In this document: positions 24,201 through 34,920 of the stretch, piece by piece
Numbering within the stretch: the first letter of the stretch is position 1
Layout: each line of letters begins with the position of its first letter
Source: a virus
Lineage: Duplodnaviria; Caudoviricetes
Strand: one strand, 5' to 3'
Virus record (IMG/VR): IMGVR_UViG_3300017909_003696
Location: 1 to 38,147 of that record
DNA length: 38,147 bases
Made by a program: the position numbers and the translations under genes
Notes under the pieces: generated by a model
Told to the model about the DNA's origin: nothing
Databases searched by the model: none
The model's input: only the letters and a program-made list of their open reading frames with translations

Positions 24201-27200
24201 AAGTAGAAGAGCTGAAAGAATTTCGGTAACAACTGCTGACGAAAGTAGTGATACGAATCGTAAACTTATATTTGAGAGCGCCAGTGCAACCAACACCGGC
24301 GAAAATTCCACCTTCACAAACTATAATTCATCTAATTTTTATGCTGTTGAAAGTGACTCAAATAACTTAACTTTTAATCCGTCTACCCATACTTTAACAG
24401 TAGATAATGTAACTGGTAATGTAACTGGTAATCTTACTGGTATAGCAACAAAGTCTACAAAGGCTGCTGTAACTGAAACGGGTACAACTAATTCTGAGTT
24501 TCCCGTTATATTTGGAGATGCTACTGCAGAAACAGTTAGCTCTGTAGACTATCATGGTTTAAGGAAGGATGTAAGTGTAGCTGGTGATATTAATGCGTTT
24601 ACATATAACCCAAGCACTGGAGCTTTACGAGCTACTTCTTTTATTGGTAATATTAGTGGCTCTTCTAGTGTTGCAAGCCAGATTGATATTTCTGTACAAG
24701 ACTCAAGCTCTGATAATCATTTTATTACCTTTGTTGATGGTACATCCTCGGCACAAGAAGTAGAGGTAGACTCAAATCTTAAATATGTTCCTTCAACAGA
24801 AGCTCTTACTGTTGGGGGCGCACTAACAGCAGGTTCTTTTGTTAAATCGGGAGGCGCTGCAACATCATTTTTAATGGCGGATGGTACCACTACAGATATA
24901 AGCGGTGGAACATATAATATTGATATTAGCGGTAATGCCGCTACAGCAGGCACGGCAACAACGGCTACAAGTCTAGGAAGCCTGAGCACTGTAGGCACTA
25001 GCTCCACTGCTGTAGCAATACTTCTCGATGACAGTGGAACAAAAAAATCAGACACCAATAAGTTAAAGTATAATGCTTCTTCAAATCAGCTAGAATTAGA
25101 TAAAATTCAAATTGGCTCGTCAGGCTCTTTTAACCAAGCCAGTAATGGCACCTTTACTGTAAGTAGTCCTGCAACTTTTAATCATAATTTAACTCTTGGG
25201 GATGGCACTACAAGAACTCTTACTATTACAAGCAGACTTGCTAGTGACTTTTTGCCCAATGTAAATAACAGTAGAAGTTTAGGCTCAACCTCACTAAAAT
25301 TTGCAAATGTTCATGCCACAACATTTACAGGTAGTCTAACTGGTGATGTAACTGGTAACACAGCAGGCACACACACGGGTGCTGTCTCTTTTACTGGCGA
25401 TTCGTCTTTCGCCTCTGGAAGCACGCTTAACTTTGCAAATGTAACTGTAAGTAATTTGACTCTACCTATAGATTTAAATGGGCTTACTGCGGCAGATATA
25501 GACTCTTCTCAAGACAGTATTGCATTCATTGATGCCACAAATAATGGTAGCAGAAAAGAGAGTATTGCAGATTTTGCAACAAATTTTGTAAATGGAGCAA
25601 ACAGTGCACTTACAGCATCATCTGGAAAGCTTTCTCTGAATCTTGATGGTTTAGCAAGTGAAGTTCTTTCCGTTCCAAATGATTCAATCGTATTTATTGA
25701 TGCGGATGGTTCTGCCTCCAAGAAAGAATCCGTGTCTGACTTTGTGGGTGCAATAGCTGGAACAAATCTTACACAAGATGGTTCAAATAAAACTATTGGC
25801 ATACTAAACGAAACCATAGAAGACATTGTAGGGGCAATGTTTACAGATAGTTTTGTTACTTATAATGATAATGGTGGCAGCAGTGGAACAATAACAATAT
25901 CGCAAAACACTTCAAGTGGTGTAAATCTTGCGGGCTCTACGAATAATACCAATCATTTTATTCTTATGAGCGATGGCCAAACGGGTGCTTCAACACTACG
26001 AACGGATGCTATTTTACGATTTGATACTACTGATGATACTTTAAATGTACCTAAGCTGGATATTGATACTGACTTAGATTTGGATGGAGCAACTGTATCA
26101 TCAAGCATTATTCCGGCTGCAAACAATCAGCACGATCTTGGTAGCACGAGCAGTAAGTGGAAAGATATTCATGTAGCGGGCACTATTTCAGGTAGTACTC
26201 TTTCTGGAACTACTCTAACTGGAACATTAAACACAGCTTCTCAAACAAATATTACTGCAGTAGGAACACTTGGATCGCTCGCAGTAACAAATACTATAAC
26301 AGCAGCCAATGTTACAGCAAGCGGTACAGTAGAGTATGGTTCCTTAAGTGATGGTGCAATTACTATTACTGCATTTGTTGATGAAGACGGCATGGACTCT
26401 AATAGTGCTACATTAGTTCCAACTCAACAATCAGTCAAAGCATATGTAGACTCTCAAGTCGGAGGATCAGTAACAAGTGTTGAAGTAACTGCTGGCACTG
26501 GTTTATCCGGTGGAGGCACTGTTACAACTTCAGGGACAATTAATTTAGATGTAGACTTATCTGAACTTACTGATATGACAGCCACAATGGTCGGTACAGA
26601 TGAGTTTATAGTGCTTGACGGAGGCGCTGATAGAAGAAAGGCCGCCAATGAAATTGGATTAAGTGTATTTAATAATGATAGCGGTTTTACTACAAATACC
26701 GGTACTGTAACTGAAGCATTCAAAACTATTTCAGTAAGCGGACAATCGGATATAGTAGCGGATGGTGCTACCGATACTCTTACAATTGCTGCTGGTACAG
26801 GCGTATCTTTGACAACCACTGCGGGCACTGATACACTTACAATTGGAACCTCTTTAGGTATAAATGATCTGTCCGATGTTGATACGTCGGGACATAGTAA
26901 TGGCAAAGTTTTAACCTCAAATGGAACTAACTTTACATTTGAAACTCCTGCAAGCCAATCTGTTGCAACAGATTCGACGCTAGGAATAGCACAATTTGAC
27001 TCTACAGACTTTACGGTTTCTTCTGGTGATGTTACTCTGAACGCCGAAAGGGTGCAGGACATTGTTGGGGCTATGGTTTCCAGCAATACAGAAAGCGGGA
27101 TCGCTGTAACCTACGAAGATTCAGATGGTACGCTCGATTTTGCAGTTTCACTTAACAGTTTTGATACAGACAATTTAAGCGAAGGTTCAACTAATCAGTA

Positions 27201-29043
27201 CTTTACAAACGCTAGGGCTCAAGGCGCTATCACAGTAAATGATGCAGGTGGAGATGGTTCCTTAGGATATAGTAATGGGACAATTACTTACACAGGCCCG
27301 AGCCAATCTGAAGCAAATGCACGTATAGATGCCTATATAGTAGCGGGAGCCGGTCTCGATTACGCCAGTGGACAGCTCGATGTTGATACTAGCGTCATAC
27401 GAACAACGGGCAATCAAACTATTGGTGGTATAAAAACATTTAGTTCAGATGTTACTGCTTCAGAAAACTTAACAGTTACTAAAAATTTAACAGTAAATGG
27501 GAATACTACTCTTGGAAATGCTACGTCAGATACTACATCTGTTTCGGGAAATCTTAGTGTTGCTGGAGACTTAACAGTAAGTGGCGGCAGTTTTACAGTA
27601 GACGCTACAAGTTTAAGTGTACAGGATCCTCTTATAGAGCTAGCAAGAGGTAATGATACAGCAGATTTACTTGATATTGGTTTATTCGGAAAGTATGATA
27701 CTTCTGGAAGCCAAGACTTATACGCAGGACTATTTAGAGATGCCACTGATGGAAAGTGGAAACTGTTTGAAGATTCACAAAGTGCTCCTTCAAATAATGT
27801 AATTGATATTACTGCTACAGGTTACACTAAATCCAAACTTGTAGCAGATCTTGAAGGAACTGCAGATTTAGCAACTAAAGTAGTTGTAAGTGCAAATAAT
27901 ACTGAGTCTGGTACTTTCTTTGTTCCTTTTGTTTCGTCTCAGGCAGGAAATCATGATTTAGAAACAGATAGTCAACTTTTTTATAATCCAAGCACGGGTA
28001 GACTTACTGCTGGTAATATACAGGGAACATTTATTGGAAACCTTACTGGTAATGTAACAGGCAACATTACGGGTAATATAACAGGCGGTGTTACAGGTAA
28101 TGTAAGTGGTAATGCAGGAACAGCATCCGCTTTACAAAATGCAGTTGCTTTTGTAATTAAAGATACTTCTCATGCTTTTGATGGTACCCAAAGCCCTAAC
28201 TTTACAGATGCAATCGGTACTTTATTTCCAAGCACCAAGCAGCTTGGAACTACGATAGCATATGATTCAAGTGATGAAGATTTTGATGTTACAACAACAG
28301 CACTGTATAATGGAACAAGTAAAAAGCTAGAGTCTACGTCTACAGGTTTAGAGTTATTTGGTCACATAATTCCGAGTGCAGATGTTACTCATGATTTAGG
28401 AAGTAGCACAAAAAGATTTAGAGACCTATTTCTAAGTGGCACAACGATTACGCTTGGCTCACAGACAATTAGTTCGGACAGCACAACTGTAACTGTTTCC
28501 GGAACTTTATCGGCAACAAATATATCAGGAAGTCTTACAGGTAATGTGACAGGATCAGCAGATACTCTGACTACCGCTAGAAACTTTACTGTTGGATCAA
28601 CAGATCACTCGTTCAATGGATCTGCAAACATAAATCTTACAGAGGCAATCCAAGATACAGTAGCCTCGATGTTTACTCATTCAAATCATAGTTCTGTTAC
28701 TGCAAGCTATGATGATACAAATGGTGAGATTGATCTTACAGCATCTGCTGGAGGAGAAGGCGGCGGCGGTGCTACTGTAAACTGGCTTATAAAAACAGCC
28801 TCTTACACAGCATCTGCAGAGGATCAAATAATAGTTAATGGTAGTGGCTCAATTACGATAACATTACCGAGTAGTCCTAGCGCAGGAAACTTTGTAAAAA
28901 TTAAAAATATTTCTAGTAGTGTTACCACTGTGGGCAGAAATGGTAGTAATATAGACTCTTCAGCACAAGATGGTACTGTTGCTGCAGGAAGATTTGTAGA
29001 ATTAGTTTATGTAGATTCTACTATAGGCTGGGTGGAGATTTAA
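21298..29043 (+). CDS. Giant mosaic tail fibre protein (2581 aa)
   Basis: G/S/T/N/D-rich; many recurring fibre modules (YNPST knobs, IIP....DLGS....W, TGNVTGN, KAYVDS, QDIVGAM); SD AGGAG; C-terminal ITLP.SP..G...I..GRNG..I...LVY.....GW domain. Confidence 0.85.
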   Translation: MAISFPTSPQSGDVITSGDVSWTFDGVRWNHNIKGLSGVDFTLSADSGSNDTVTLGVDTLNFEGGTGLSTTVSNNNIKIDLDNTAVSAGVYGSSSSIPQITVDAQGRLTSVSAVSSIPTAELGVESATLAATAITNGTAYGIKTLGNTNFVSLGAQSVNISSTSNPQLVETREYIITSLGTPAAATTTAANKVYKIVTLGNTDFTTIGASANTVGVGFTATGAGSGDGTVVEITNWIILGAGSQSAPPAVGDRFRSRGTGNASYGTGTVLETLFTATGAGSGTGTVCLDTTHFITFVDSTSGTSKIFVENGLQYNPGKGTIFASNLDGQFTGRFEGVFKGSLDTEVIAGQATSSATVDITQHDDGNKPSGDNLFFVGIESALSGVGQSLKADSRFYYSEDDDKFVVNAISTSGNVEVGGNLTVTGTTTFNGGTITMGDAATDNVVFGADVNSSIIPNTDDTYDLGSSTQEWRNLFIDGTANIDSLVADTVDINGGTIDGTTIATSDITVGSGKTLDVSLGTLTLADNQISGDKINAGTIDNITITTLASTTVDTENIEVSNLKARDGTAAGSIANSTGKITLNDAILTTADINGGNIDATAIGVNSHSTGKFTTLEATNSITGDLTGDVTGGLTLGGSDTLDVSAGTLTLANNQISGDKVDGGALSSVTIDAELNTISNLDVDDLKSGVLDTDLNSVSSNDDTLASAKAVKAYVDSNITTQDLDFVGDDGTARSVDLNSQSLTIAGGTGLTTVGSGQTLTVNLAAASGGGITVNANDIQVDDTVVRTSGAQSIGGNKTFSNDIQIDGNLTVGGTTTTINSTVVSVADPVFEIGDDSSDDNLDRGIKFKYNSGISPQIGFFGFDDSKNKFVALRNATDSSSVFSGTALDAEFGAIDTAGLTGTQSITAATGGLILRHSDNTVVLRTTQGGNFLNNPVFYGNISNQDGTTVALSVRTGDPQGTVPFLEGRSRRAERISVTTADESSDTNRKLIFESASATNTGENSTFTNYNSSNFYAVESDSNNLTFNPSTHTLTVDNVTGNVTGNLTGIATKSTKAAVTETGTTNSEFPVIFGDATAETVSSVDYHGLRKDVSVAGDINAFTYNPSTGALRATSFIGNISGSSSVASQIDISVQDSSSDNHFITFVDGTSSAQEVEVDSNLKYVPSTEALTVGGALTAGSFVKSGGAATSFLMADGTTTDISGGTYNIDISGNAATAGTATTATSLGSLSTVGTSSTAVAILLDDSGTKKSDTNKLKYNASSNQLELDKIQIGSSGSFNQASNGTFTVSSPATFNHNLTLGDGTTRTLTITSRLASDFLPNVNNSRSLGSTSLKFANVHATTFTGSLTGDVTGNTAGTHTGAVSFTGDSSFASGSTLNFANVTVSNLTLPIDLNGLTAADIDSSQDSIAFIDATNNGSRKESIADFATNFVNGANSALTASSGKLSLNLDGLASEVLSVPNDSIVFIDADGSASKKESVSDFVGAIAGTNLTQDGSNKTIGILNETIEDIVGAMFTDSFVTYNDNGGSSGTITISQNTSSGVNLAGSTNNTNHFILMSDGQTGASTLRTDAILRFDTTDDTLNVPKLDIDTDLDLDGATVSSSIIPAANNQHDLGSTSSKWKDIHVAGTISGSTLSGTTLTGTLNTASQTNITAVGTLGSLAVTNTITAANVTASGTVEYGSLSDGAITITAFVDEDGMDSNSATLVPTQQSVKAYVDSQVGGSVTSVEVTAGTGLSGGGTVTTSGTINLDVDLSELTDMTATMVGTDEFIVLDGGADRRKAANEIGLSVFNNDSGFTTNTGTVTEAFKTISVSGQSDIVADGATDTLTIAAGTGVSLTTTAGTDTLTIGTSLGINDLSDVDTSGHSNGKVLTSNGTNFTFETPASQSVATDSTLGIAQFDSTDFTVSSGDVTLNAERVQDIVGAMVSSNTESGIAVTYEDSDGTLDFAVSLNSFDTDNLSEGSTNQYFTNARAQGAITVNDAGGDGSLGYSNGTITYTGPSQSEANARIDAYIVAGAGLDYASGQLDVDTSVIRTTGNQTIGGIKTFSSDVTASENLTVTKNLTVNGNTTLGNATSDTTSVSGNLSVAGDLTVSGGSFTVDATSLSVQDPLIELARGNDTADLLDIGLFGKYDTSGSQDLYAGLFRDATDGKWKLFEDSQSAPSNNVIDITATGYTKSKLVADLEGTADLATKVVVSANNTESGTFFVPFVSSQAGNHDLETDSQLFYNPSTGRLTAGNIQGTFIGNLTGNVTGNITGNITGGVTGNVSGNAGTASALQNAVAFVIKDTSHAFDGTQSPNFTDAIGTLFPSTKQLGTTIAYDSSDEDFDVTTTALYNGTSKKLESTSTGLELFGHIIPSADVTHDLGSSTKRFRDLFLSGTTITLGSQTISSDSTTVTVSGTLSATNISGSLTGNVTGSADTLTTARNFTVGSTDHSFNGSANINLTEAIQDTVASMFTHSNHSSVTASYDDTNGEIDLTASAGGEGGGGATVNWLIKTASYTASAEDQIIVNGSGSITITLPSSPSAGNFVKIKNISSSVTTVGRNGSNIDSSAQDGTVAAGRFVELVYVDSTIGWVEI
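22837..23273 (+). repeat. 59-nt direct repeat (22837-22895 and 23215-23273) inside the giant fibre gene
   Basis: Both copies encode TLDVS.GTLTLA.NQISGDK; 55/59 identical by eye. Confidence 0.85.
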
Positions 29044-29046
29044 AAA

Positions 29047-32000
29047 ATGACAAAAGTATTAGGTAAAGATGTAAGAAGCCTAACTACCGGAGCAGGAGTA
29101 ACTAAGTCGGGTACAGACGACAATCCTACTATAGTAGTTACTAATGTTGCTACTGCTGATGCTTTGAGCACAGCAAGAACTATAGGTGGAGTATCATTTG
29201 ATGGCTCTGCAAATATTAACTTGCCTGGAGTAAATACAACAGGTAATCAAAATACTAGCGGCTCTGCAGCTACTCTAACAACAGCAAGAACTATTGGTGG
29301 GGTATCCTTTGATGGTTCAGCAAATATTAATCTACCTGGCGTAAACACCACAGGTAATCAAAATACTAGCGGCTCTGCAGCTACTCTAACAACAGCAAGA
29401 ACTATAGGTGGGGTATCCTTTGATGGTTCTGCAAATATTAACTTGCCTGGAGTAAATACGGCAGGTACTCAAGATACTTCTGGTAATGCTGCAACAGCCA
29501 CTATACTTGCAGTAAGTAGAAATATTGGTGGTGTATCTTTTGATGGATCTGCAAATATTAACTTGCCAGGAGTAAATACATCAGGTAATCAAGATACTTC
29601 TGGAAATGCAGCAACAGCAACCGCACTTGAAACTGCTCGAACTATTGGTGGAGTATCATTTGATGGCTCTGCAAATATTAATCTGCCCGGCGTAAATGCA
29701 ACTGGTAATCAAAATACTACAGGATCTGCTGCTACACTTACAACCGCTAGAACTATAGGTGGAGTATCATTTGACGGTTCAGCAAATATTAATCTACCTG
29801 GAGTTAATACAGCAGGTAACCAAAATAGTTCTGGAAACGCTGCAACGGCAACAGCTCTTGAAACAGCAAGAAGTATTGGTGGTACTTCTTTTGACGGCAC
29901 TGCAGATATAGTTCCAAATATAGTTACAGATACTACACCCCAGCTTGGTGGAAATCTGGATGTCAATGGAAATACTATAACATCGGTAAGTAATGGAAAT
30001 ATAGAGATTGATCCTAATGGCTCTGGGTTATTCAAAATTAAAGGTAACTCTACAGCCGGTTCTGGTTCTATAACTCTTAACTGCGAGCAGAACTCTCATG
30101 GTATTAAGCTTCAAGGTCCTCCGCACAGCGCAGGAGCAAGCTATACTTTAACATTTCCTAATGATGATGGAAATGCAGAGCAAGTGCTTCAAAGTAATGG
30201 AAGCGGGACTCTATCGTTTGTTGACCAAATTAAAACTATACAGGCAGAACTTACTATCTCTGATTCAGCCAGTGCAGGAGATGTAATTGTTTATGAATTA
30301 GCAAACTCTCAGTATGCAACTGCGGGAGAGAGTACAACTCCAGCAAGTCTTACTGAAACAACTACAAGCATTGAATACTTAGGGACTAATAATAATAATT
30401 TTGAAGAAGCATTGCTTGTTCCTGCTTATGATAATAAAATATTTATATTAACCAATGAGTCCTCCACAGTTTACTATAGGTGGGTTACATTAGCTTCAAA
30501 TGGAAGCGCAACAATTACTAGCACTACTGCTTTACCTGGCACAACGGCTCAAGTTACTGGTGGTCCTATGTTTATGGCTGCAAGTAATAAGCTTGTTATG
30601 ATTGGCTCTGATGGTTCAAATACTTACTACAAAGTTGGCACTGTTAATACATCAACAGGAGCAATAACTTGGGGTAGTAATACACAAATCTGGACTGGAG
30701 GTTCAACTTGGAACAGCAACAATAATATTGTATATGATGACAATGACGGAAAATGGATAATAGTATACGAAGATAGCTCAAATGGACTAATGAGAGCATT
30801 AACATATGATAGTTCAAATGATACTTTTTCCGCCGGATCAGCGGTAACTCTGGGTTCTGCTCCTTCTGCAACTTCAGTGGCATACGATCCTGTTAGAGAT
30901 GCCGGCTTAGCAGTTTATGGGTCTGGAGAAGACGTTTACTTTAGAAAATGGACTTCTTCTAACGGCACAATTACACTTGGCTCTCAAACTCGTGTAGAGA
31001 ATACAGAATTAGATAGCGACGATCAGCCTGGAAGCGTATTTTTTGATGGAGAAAATGCCACTGGTCTAAATATAGTGTATCTTCCAGATCGTGCAAAATT
31101 TATGATGATCTATCAAATTAGGTTTAGTGATGGATCTAATTATAGAATTTGGCCTGTAGGATTTAATAGTGCTACCATAGAAGCAAATGGCGATGTTACA
31201 ATTGCAAATAAAGGAACGGATTCTGGAATAAACTATAATTTTCTTAGTGCTTCTACTGTTGCAGCGGCTGCGGATACTGATACAAATACTGTAGTACTGC
31301 TTATAAATGGCAGCTATAATCAAAGCCGTAAATTAATGCTAAGTCGTCTTACTATGGCTTCTAACGGAGCAATCTCTGCATCGGGTTCAAGTGTTAATTT
31401 AATGACGCACAGTGCTAGCATTAATCCCGGTACATTAGTATATAAAACTGGTGGGTTAATGTTTGGGTATACCAGATATGGTTCATCCGCAAATATGATT
31501 AGCGCGTTAGATGGTGAGATGTATGGTATACAGCAGCAGATCACTGCAACAAATATTTCTAATACGATAGTTGGTATCGCTGAAGAAGCTATTTCTGCGG
31601 GCGCTTCGGGCACTGTAAATTTAATTGGTGGAGTTGACAGAAATCAATCCAGTTTAACAACAGGCTCTACATATTATCTTACATCTGATGGCACGATTAG
31701 CACAACTGCTGATAGTTATAACAAGAAGTTAGGTATTGCTATTTCTGCAACAGAAATTTTAATGGAGCATACTACTACTACTAGCTCTTCCGGAGATATA
31801 GAGGGAGTAACAGCGGGCACAGGACTTTCTGGGGGAGGTACATCTGGTACAGTTACTTTAAATGTTGCGGATTTAACAGTTTCAGAGTTTGCCGCTGACT
31901 CTATACAATTAAGTTCTGAGTCTTTTGCAAATAATGATACGTCTTTGATGACTTCTGCTGCGATTGAGGATAAAATTCTAAGCTATGGATATTCTACTTC

Positions 32001-33174
32001 TGGTGGAGGAATAGCCTCTGTAGTAGCAGATACTACTCCACAGCTTGGTGGAAATCTGGATGTTAATGGTCAAAGTATAGTAAGTGTTAGTGGTAATAAT
32101 ATTGCCATAACTCCAGATGGTAGCGGAAAAATTATATTAGATGGACTAAGCTGGCCAACTGCAGATGGAAGTGCAAACTATGTATTAAAGACGGACGGTT
32201 CAGGAAATCTAAGCTGGACAGCGCAAAGTGGTGGTGGAGGAGCTTCCGTAACAGTCTCAGATACAGCCCCTGGCAGTCCTTCCTCCGGGGATTTATGGTG
32301 GAGTTCTGCTTCTCTAACACCATATATTTATTATGCTGACGGTAGTAGTAATCAGTGGGTAGAATTTGCAAATCCTGACTCCGGAACTATATCTGGTGTT
32401 TTGTCAGACTTAACAAATGTAAGTAGTACAAGCCCAAGCACTGGCCAAGTTTTAAAATGGAGCGGAAGTGAGTGGGCTCCTGCCGCAGATTCAACAGGAA
32501 CTGGAGGAATAGCCTCTGTAGTAGCGGATACGACTCCGCAGCTTGGTGGCGCATTAGATGTAAATGGGCAAGACATTACTAGTGTAAGTAATGGAGACAT
32601 AGAATTAGACCCAAATGGAACTGGCGTTGTTGTATTTAAAGGAAACTCTACAAAGGGTGCCGGACAGTTTAAACTAAATTGTGAACAAAATTCGCATGGA
32701 ATAATTATAAAAGGGCCTCCGCACAGTGCGGCTGCTTCTTATACCCTTACGCTACCGGATAATGACGGAGATGCGAATCAGGTATTAAAAACAGATGGAT
32801 CTGGTAATTTAAGCTGGGTAGCACAAAATGGAGGGGGAGGAAGCTCTGCTTTCATAAAAGCATATAGATACGATGATACTCTTGCGGTAAATACAGGGTC
32901 AAAACGACTATATCTGCATGACTCTTTTACGCTTGATTCTATTGATGCTTTTGTAGACACTGCGCCTGCTGGGGCGGCCGCTACTGTGGATTTAATTAAA
33001 AATGGTGCCGGGAGTGCCTTTAAAACAATAACAATTGCTGACGGAGCTACGTCTAGTGTCAATAATAGTGATACTACAACGTTTTCTGAAGGCGACTATA
33101 TAACAGTAAATATAACTCAAGTGGGCTCCAGCACCGCGGGTGCCAACCTATATTTAGTATTCAGTTTTTCATAA
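29047..33174 (+). CDS. Tail fibre protein (1375 aa) with tandem repeats, internal beta-propeller-like region and C-terminal beta-sandwich
   Basis: Seven TARTIGGVSFDGSANI repeats; three DTTPQLGG.LDVNG modules; propeller-like region; GDLWW module; C-terminal TAP.G....VD..KNG...GD.I.V.I.QVGS..AG domain. Confidence 0.85.
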   Translation: MTKVLGKDVRSLTTGAGVTKSGTDDNPTIVVTNVATADALSTARTIGGVSFDGSANINLPGVNTTGNQNTSGSAATLTTARTIGGVSFDGSANINLPGVNTTGNQNTSGSAATLTTARTIGGVSFDGSANINLPGVNTAGTQDTSGNAATATILAVSRNIGGVSFDGSANINLPGVNTSGNQDTSGNAATATALETARTIGGVSFDGSANINLPGVNATGNQNTTGSAATLTTARTIGGVSFDGSANINLPGVNTAGNQNSSGNAATATALETARSIGGTSFDGTADIVPNIVTDTTPQLGGNLDVNGNTITSVSNGNIEIDPNGSGLFKIKGNSTAGSGSITLNCEQNSHGIKLQGPPHSAGASYTLTFPNDDGNAEQVLQSNGSGTLSFVDQIKTIQAELTISDSASAGDVIVYELANSQYATAGESTTPASLTETTTSIEYLGTNNNNFEEALLVPAYDNKIFILTNESSTVYYRWVTLASNGSATITSTTALPGTTAQVTGGPMFMAASNKLVMIGSDGSNTYYKVGTVNTSTGAITWGSNTQIWTGGSTWNSNNNIVYDDNDGKWIIVYEDSSNGLMRALTYDSSNDTFSAGSAVTLGSAPSATSVAYDPVRDAGLAVYGSGEDVYFRKWTSSNGTITLGSQTRVENTELDSDDQPGSVFFDGENATGLNIVYLPDRAKFMMIYQIRFSDGSNYRIWPVGFNSATIEANGDVTIANKGTDSGINYNFLSASTVAAAADTDTNTVVLLINGSYNQSRKLMLSRLTMASNGAISASGSSVNLMTHSASINPGTLVYKTGGLMFGYTRYGSSANMISALDGEMYGIQQQITATNISNTIVGIAEEAISAGASGTVNLIGGVDRNQSSLTTGSTYYLTSDGTISTTADSYNKKLGIAISATEILMEHTTTTSSSGDIEGVTAGTGLSGGGTSGTVTLNVADLTVSEFAADSIQLSSESFANNDTSLMTSAAIEDKILSYGYSTSGGGIASVVADTTPQLGGNLDVNGQSIVSVSGNNIAITPDGSGKIILDGLSWPTADGSANYVLKTDGSGNLSWTAQSGGGGASVTVSDTAPGSPSSGDLWWSSASLTPYIYYADGSSNQWVEFANPDSGTISGVLSDLTNVSSTSPSTGQVLKWSGSEWAPAADSTGTGGIASVVADTTPQLGGALDVNGQDITSVSNGDIELDPNGTGVVVFKGNSTKGAGQFKLNCEQNSHGIIIKGPPHSAAASYTLTLPDNDGDANQVLKTDGSGNLSWVAQNGGGGSSAFIKAYRYDDTLAVNTGSKRLYLHDSFTLDSIDAFVDTAPAGAAATVDLIKNGAGSAFKTITIADGATSSVNNSDTTTFSEGDYITVNITQVGSSTAGANLYLVFSFS
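29170..29910 (+). repeat. Tandem array of 111/120-nt units (37/40 aa), 6 full + 1 partial
   Basis: Unit starts at 29170, 29281, 29392, 29512, 29632, 29743, 29863. Confidence 0.95.
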
Positions 33175-33197
33175 CTAGCATATCAGGAGAAAATAGA

Positions 33198-34397
33198 ATG
33201 TATGCAAAATTAAAATTTAACAGCGGAGTAAGCACAGCTCTGGTTATTAGGGATATAGTTCGTCTAATTACAGAGTCTGCGGCAGGCAACGCATCGCTTT
33301 CTAATTTAGGCTCAATTGATACCAGTAATTCAACACTTACAGCAGGCACGAATAGTGGCTGGACGTTGTATACTGGGCAATCTATACCTGCAAATAGTGC
33401 CTCCGCGTCTAACAGCTCTGACTCATATTACACTCTGCAAGCTACATCAGCTACTAATAGTCGAACAAAATACTGTGCGATACATGGAAATTGTCACTTT
33501 AGTTCTGGAAGTGGTATGACTTTAACAAGTACGTCTCAAGCTGGAGTTATGTTAAGTAATGTAGACGATCCTACTTTATCTAATGCAAATACAAATTTTA
33601 ATTTTAGCACCGGATATAACTCTACAAGCACTAGTTATATGAACGATAAAGGCTTCATTATGGGAGCAAACGGAAAGGAGTTACATATTTGGGCTGATCC
33701 TACTAGAATTGTTCTCTTTTCTCCGGAGCACAATGGGGCGAACTCTGCAAGTGCCGGTCCATTACTTATTGCAAATTTGGAGGGAAACCAAGGCACACTT
33801 GATGTTTGGAAGCAGAAATGTCCTACAATGACACTTTATGATTCTGTTCGTACCGTATCTACTAGTGGAGGCTACGACGCGCACGGAAGGGGTGAAACAT
33901 ATTATACTAAGAACTATGGGGGTAGATTTTTTCAATTACATAATTTCACAACTCAAGGCCCAAATCATCCTGGGACAACATGGTCGATAGTATCATATAT
34001 AAGCATTAGTACCACAGCTAACGTTACAGGCAATCTTAGAGGCAGACAAATCAACAGCCCCTGGACAGAAGATGTCGGATCAACTATGGTCGATGATTTT
34101 CATGACGGTTTTCATAGCACTATACTTAACTACACCGGAGTAGGAGATGCAGGTCAGGGTACGAGCACTCATGTTGCATTTGATAACTCTGGGAATAGTG
34201 CACTGTCTGTAAAACCTCTAACTATAAAAGTTGCTGCATCACCCACGGCATATAACTTCTCTGATCTTACGGCAATTTATATAGCACCCTCCAATATAGG
34301 CACTACTCCTAGTCAAGTAACAATAGGGAGTGATACCTATACTTATATTACAATGGATGCAGCAAACTACCGATCTTATTTGATTAAGCACACATAG
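33198..34397 (+). CDS. Hypothetical virion protein, candidate fibre tip / receptor-binding protein
   Basis: 399 aa, S/T/N/G and aromatic-rich, non-repetitive; SD AGGAG; inside the fibre operon. Confidence 0.55.
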   Translation: MYAKLKFNSGVSTALVIRDIVRLITESAAGNASLSNLGSIDTSNSTLTAGTNSGWTLYTGQSIPANSASASNSSDSYYTLQATSATNSRTKYCAIHGNCHFSSGSGMTLTSTSQAGVMLSNVDDPTLSNANTNFNFSTGYNSTSTSYMNDKGFIMGANGKELHIWADPTRIVLFSPEHNGANSASAGPLLIANLEGNQGTLDVWKQKCPTMTLYDSVRTVSTSGGYDAHGRGETYYTKNYGGRFFQLHNFTTQGPNHPGTTWSIVSYISISTTANVTGNLRGRQINSPWTEDVGSTMVDDFHDGFHSTILNYTGVGDAGQGTSTHVAFDNSGNSALSVKPLTIKVAASPTAYNFSDLTAIYIAPSNIGTTPSQVTIGSDTYTYITMDAANYRSYLIKHT

Positions 34398-34406
34398 GCG
34401 TTTATT

Positions 34407-34604
34407 ATGTCATTAACAGTACAAGATGAAAATGGAAATAACGTTACGGTAGCTTATTTAGTAATAGAAGACCCTATTGCTGACTCACTTACTTTAGGTA
34501 CGCAGGGGTTACTAAAACCTAATAGTATTGTTTTTGAAGATGGAGTAGCTTCATACTTTACGTCTGCTACAAGCACAGCAACAGATCCAGAATCTTGGGA
34601 GTAA
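34407..34604 (+). CDS. Hypothetical protein (65 aa)
   Basis: Fills the gap between co-oriented genes; acidic; no family recognised. Confidence 0.6.
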   Translation: MSLTVQDENGNNVTVAYLVIEDPIADSLTLGTQGLLKPNSIVFEDGVASYFTSATSTATDPESWE

Positions 34605-34608
34605 TATA

Positions 34609-34905
34609 ATGGTTTTAGACGAAACAATCACGATAACAAAAACGTATGTTGACACAGCAGGCTTTTTAAGGGCTGTGGGTATAACTCTTACTTTATCAAA
34701 TGGTACTAACGAACATATTTACACAAAAACTTTCTGCATAGAAGAAGGGGTTTTACTAGAAAACTCACTTACTTGGGAAGAGCCGATATTATTAGATATA
34801 GTTAATTCTAGATCCTTTTCGGCTTTCAGGCATAGTTGCTTGCAAGAAGTAGATATTATATGGAAAGGTTATACTGAAAGTCAAACAAATATAATATACG
34901 AGTAG
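34609..34905 (+). CDS. Hypothetical protein (98 aa)
   Basis: GGGAG SD upstream; tight packing; no family recognised. Confidence 0.6.
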   Translation: MVLDETITITKTYVDTAGFLRAVGITLTLSNGTNEHIYTKTFCIEEGVLLENSLTWEEPILLDIVNSRSFSAFRHSCLQEVDIIWKGYTESQTNIIYE

Positions 34906-34920
34906 TGGTAGGAGAATAAA

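Noticed and set aside
29170-29910. CRISPR-like array
   Set aside because: Units are in-frame coding repeats with synonymous variation and no unique spacers.
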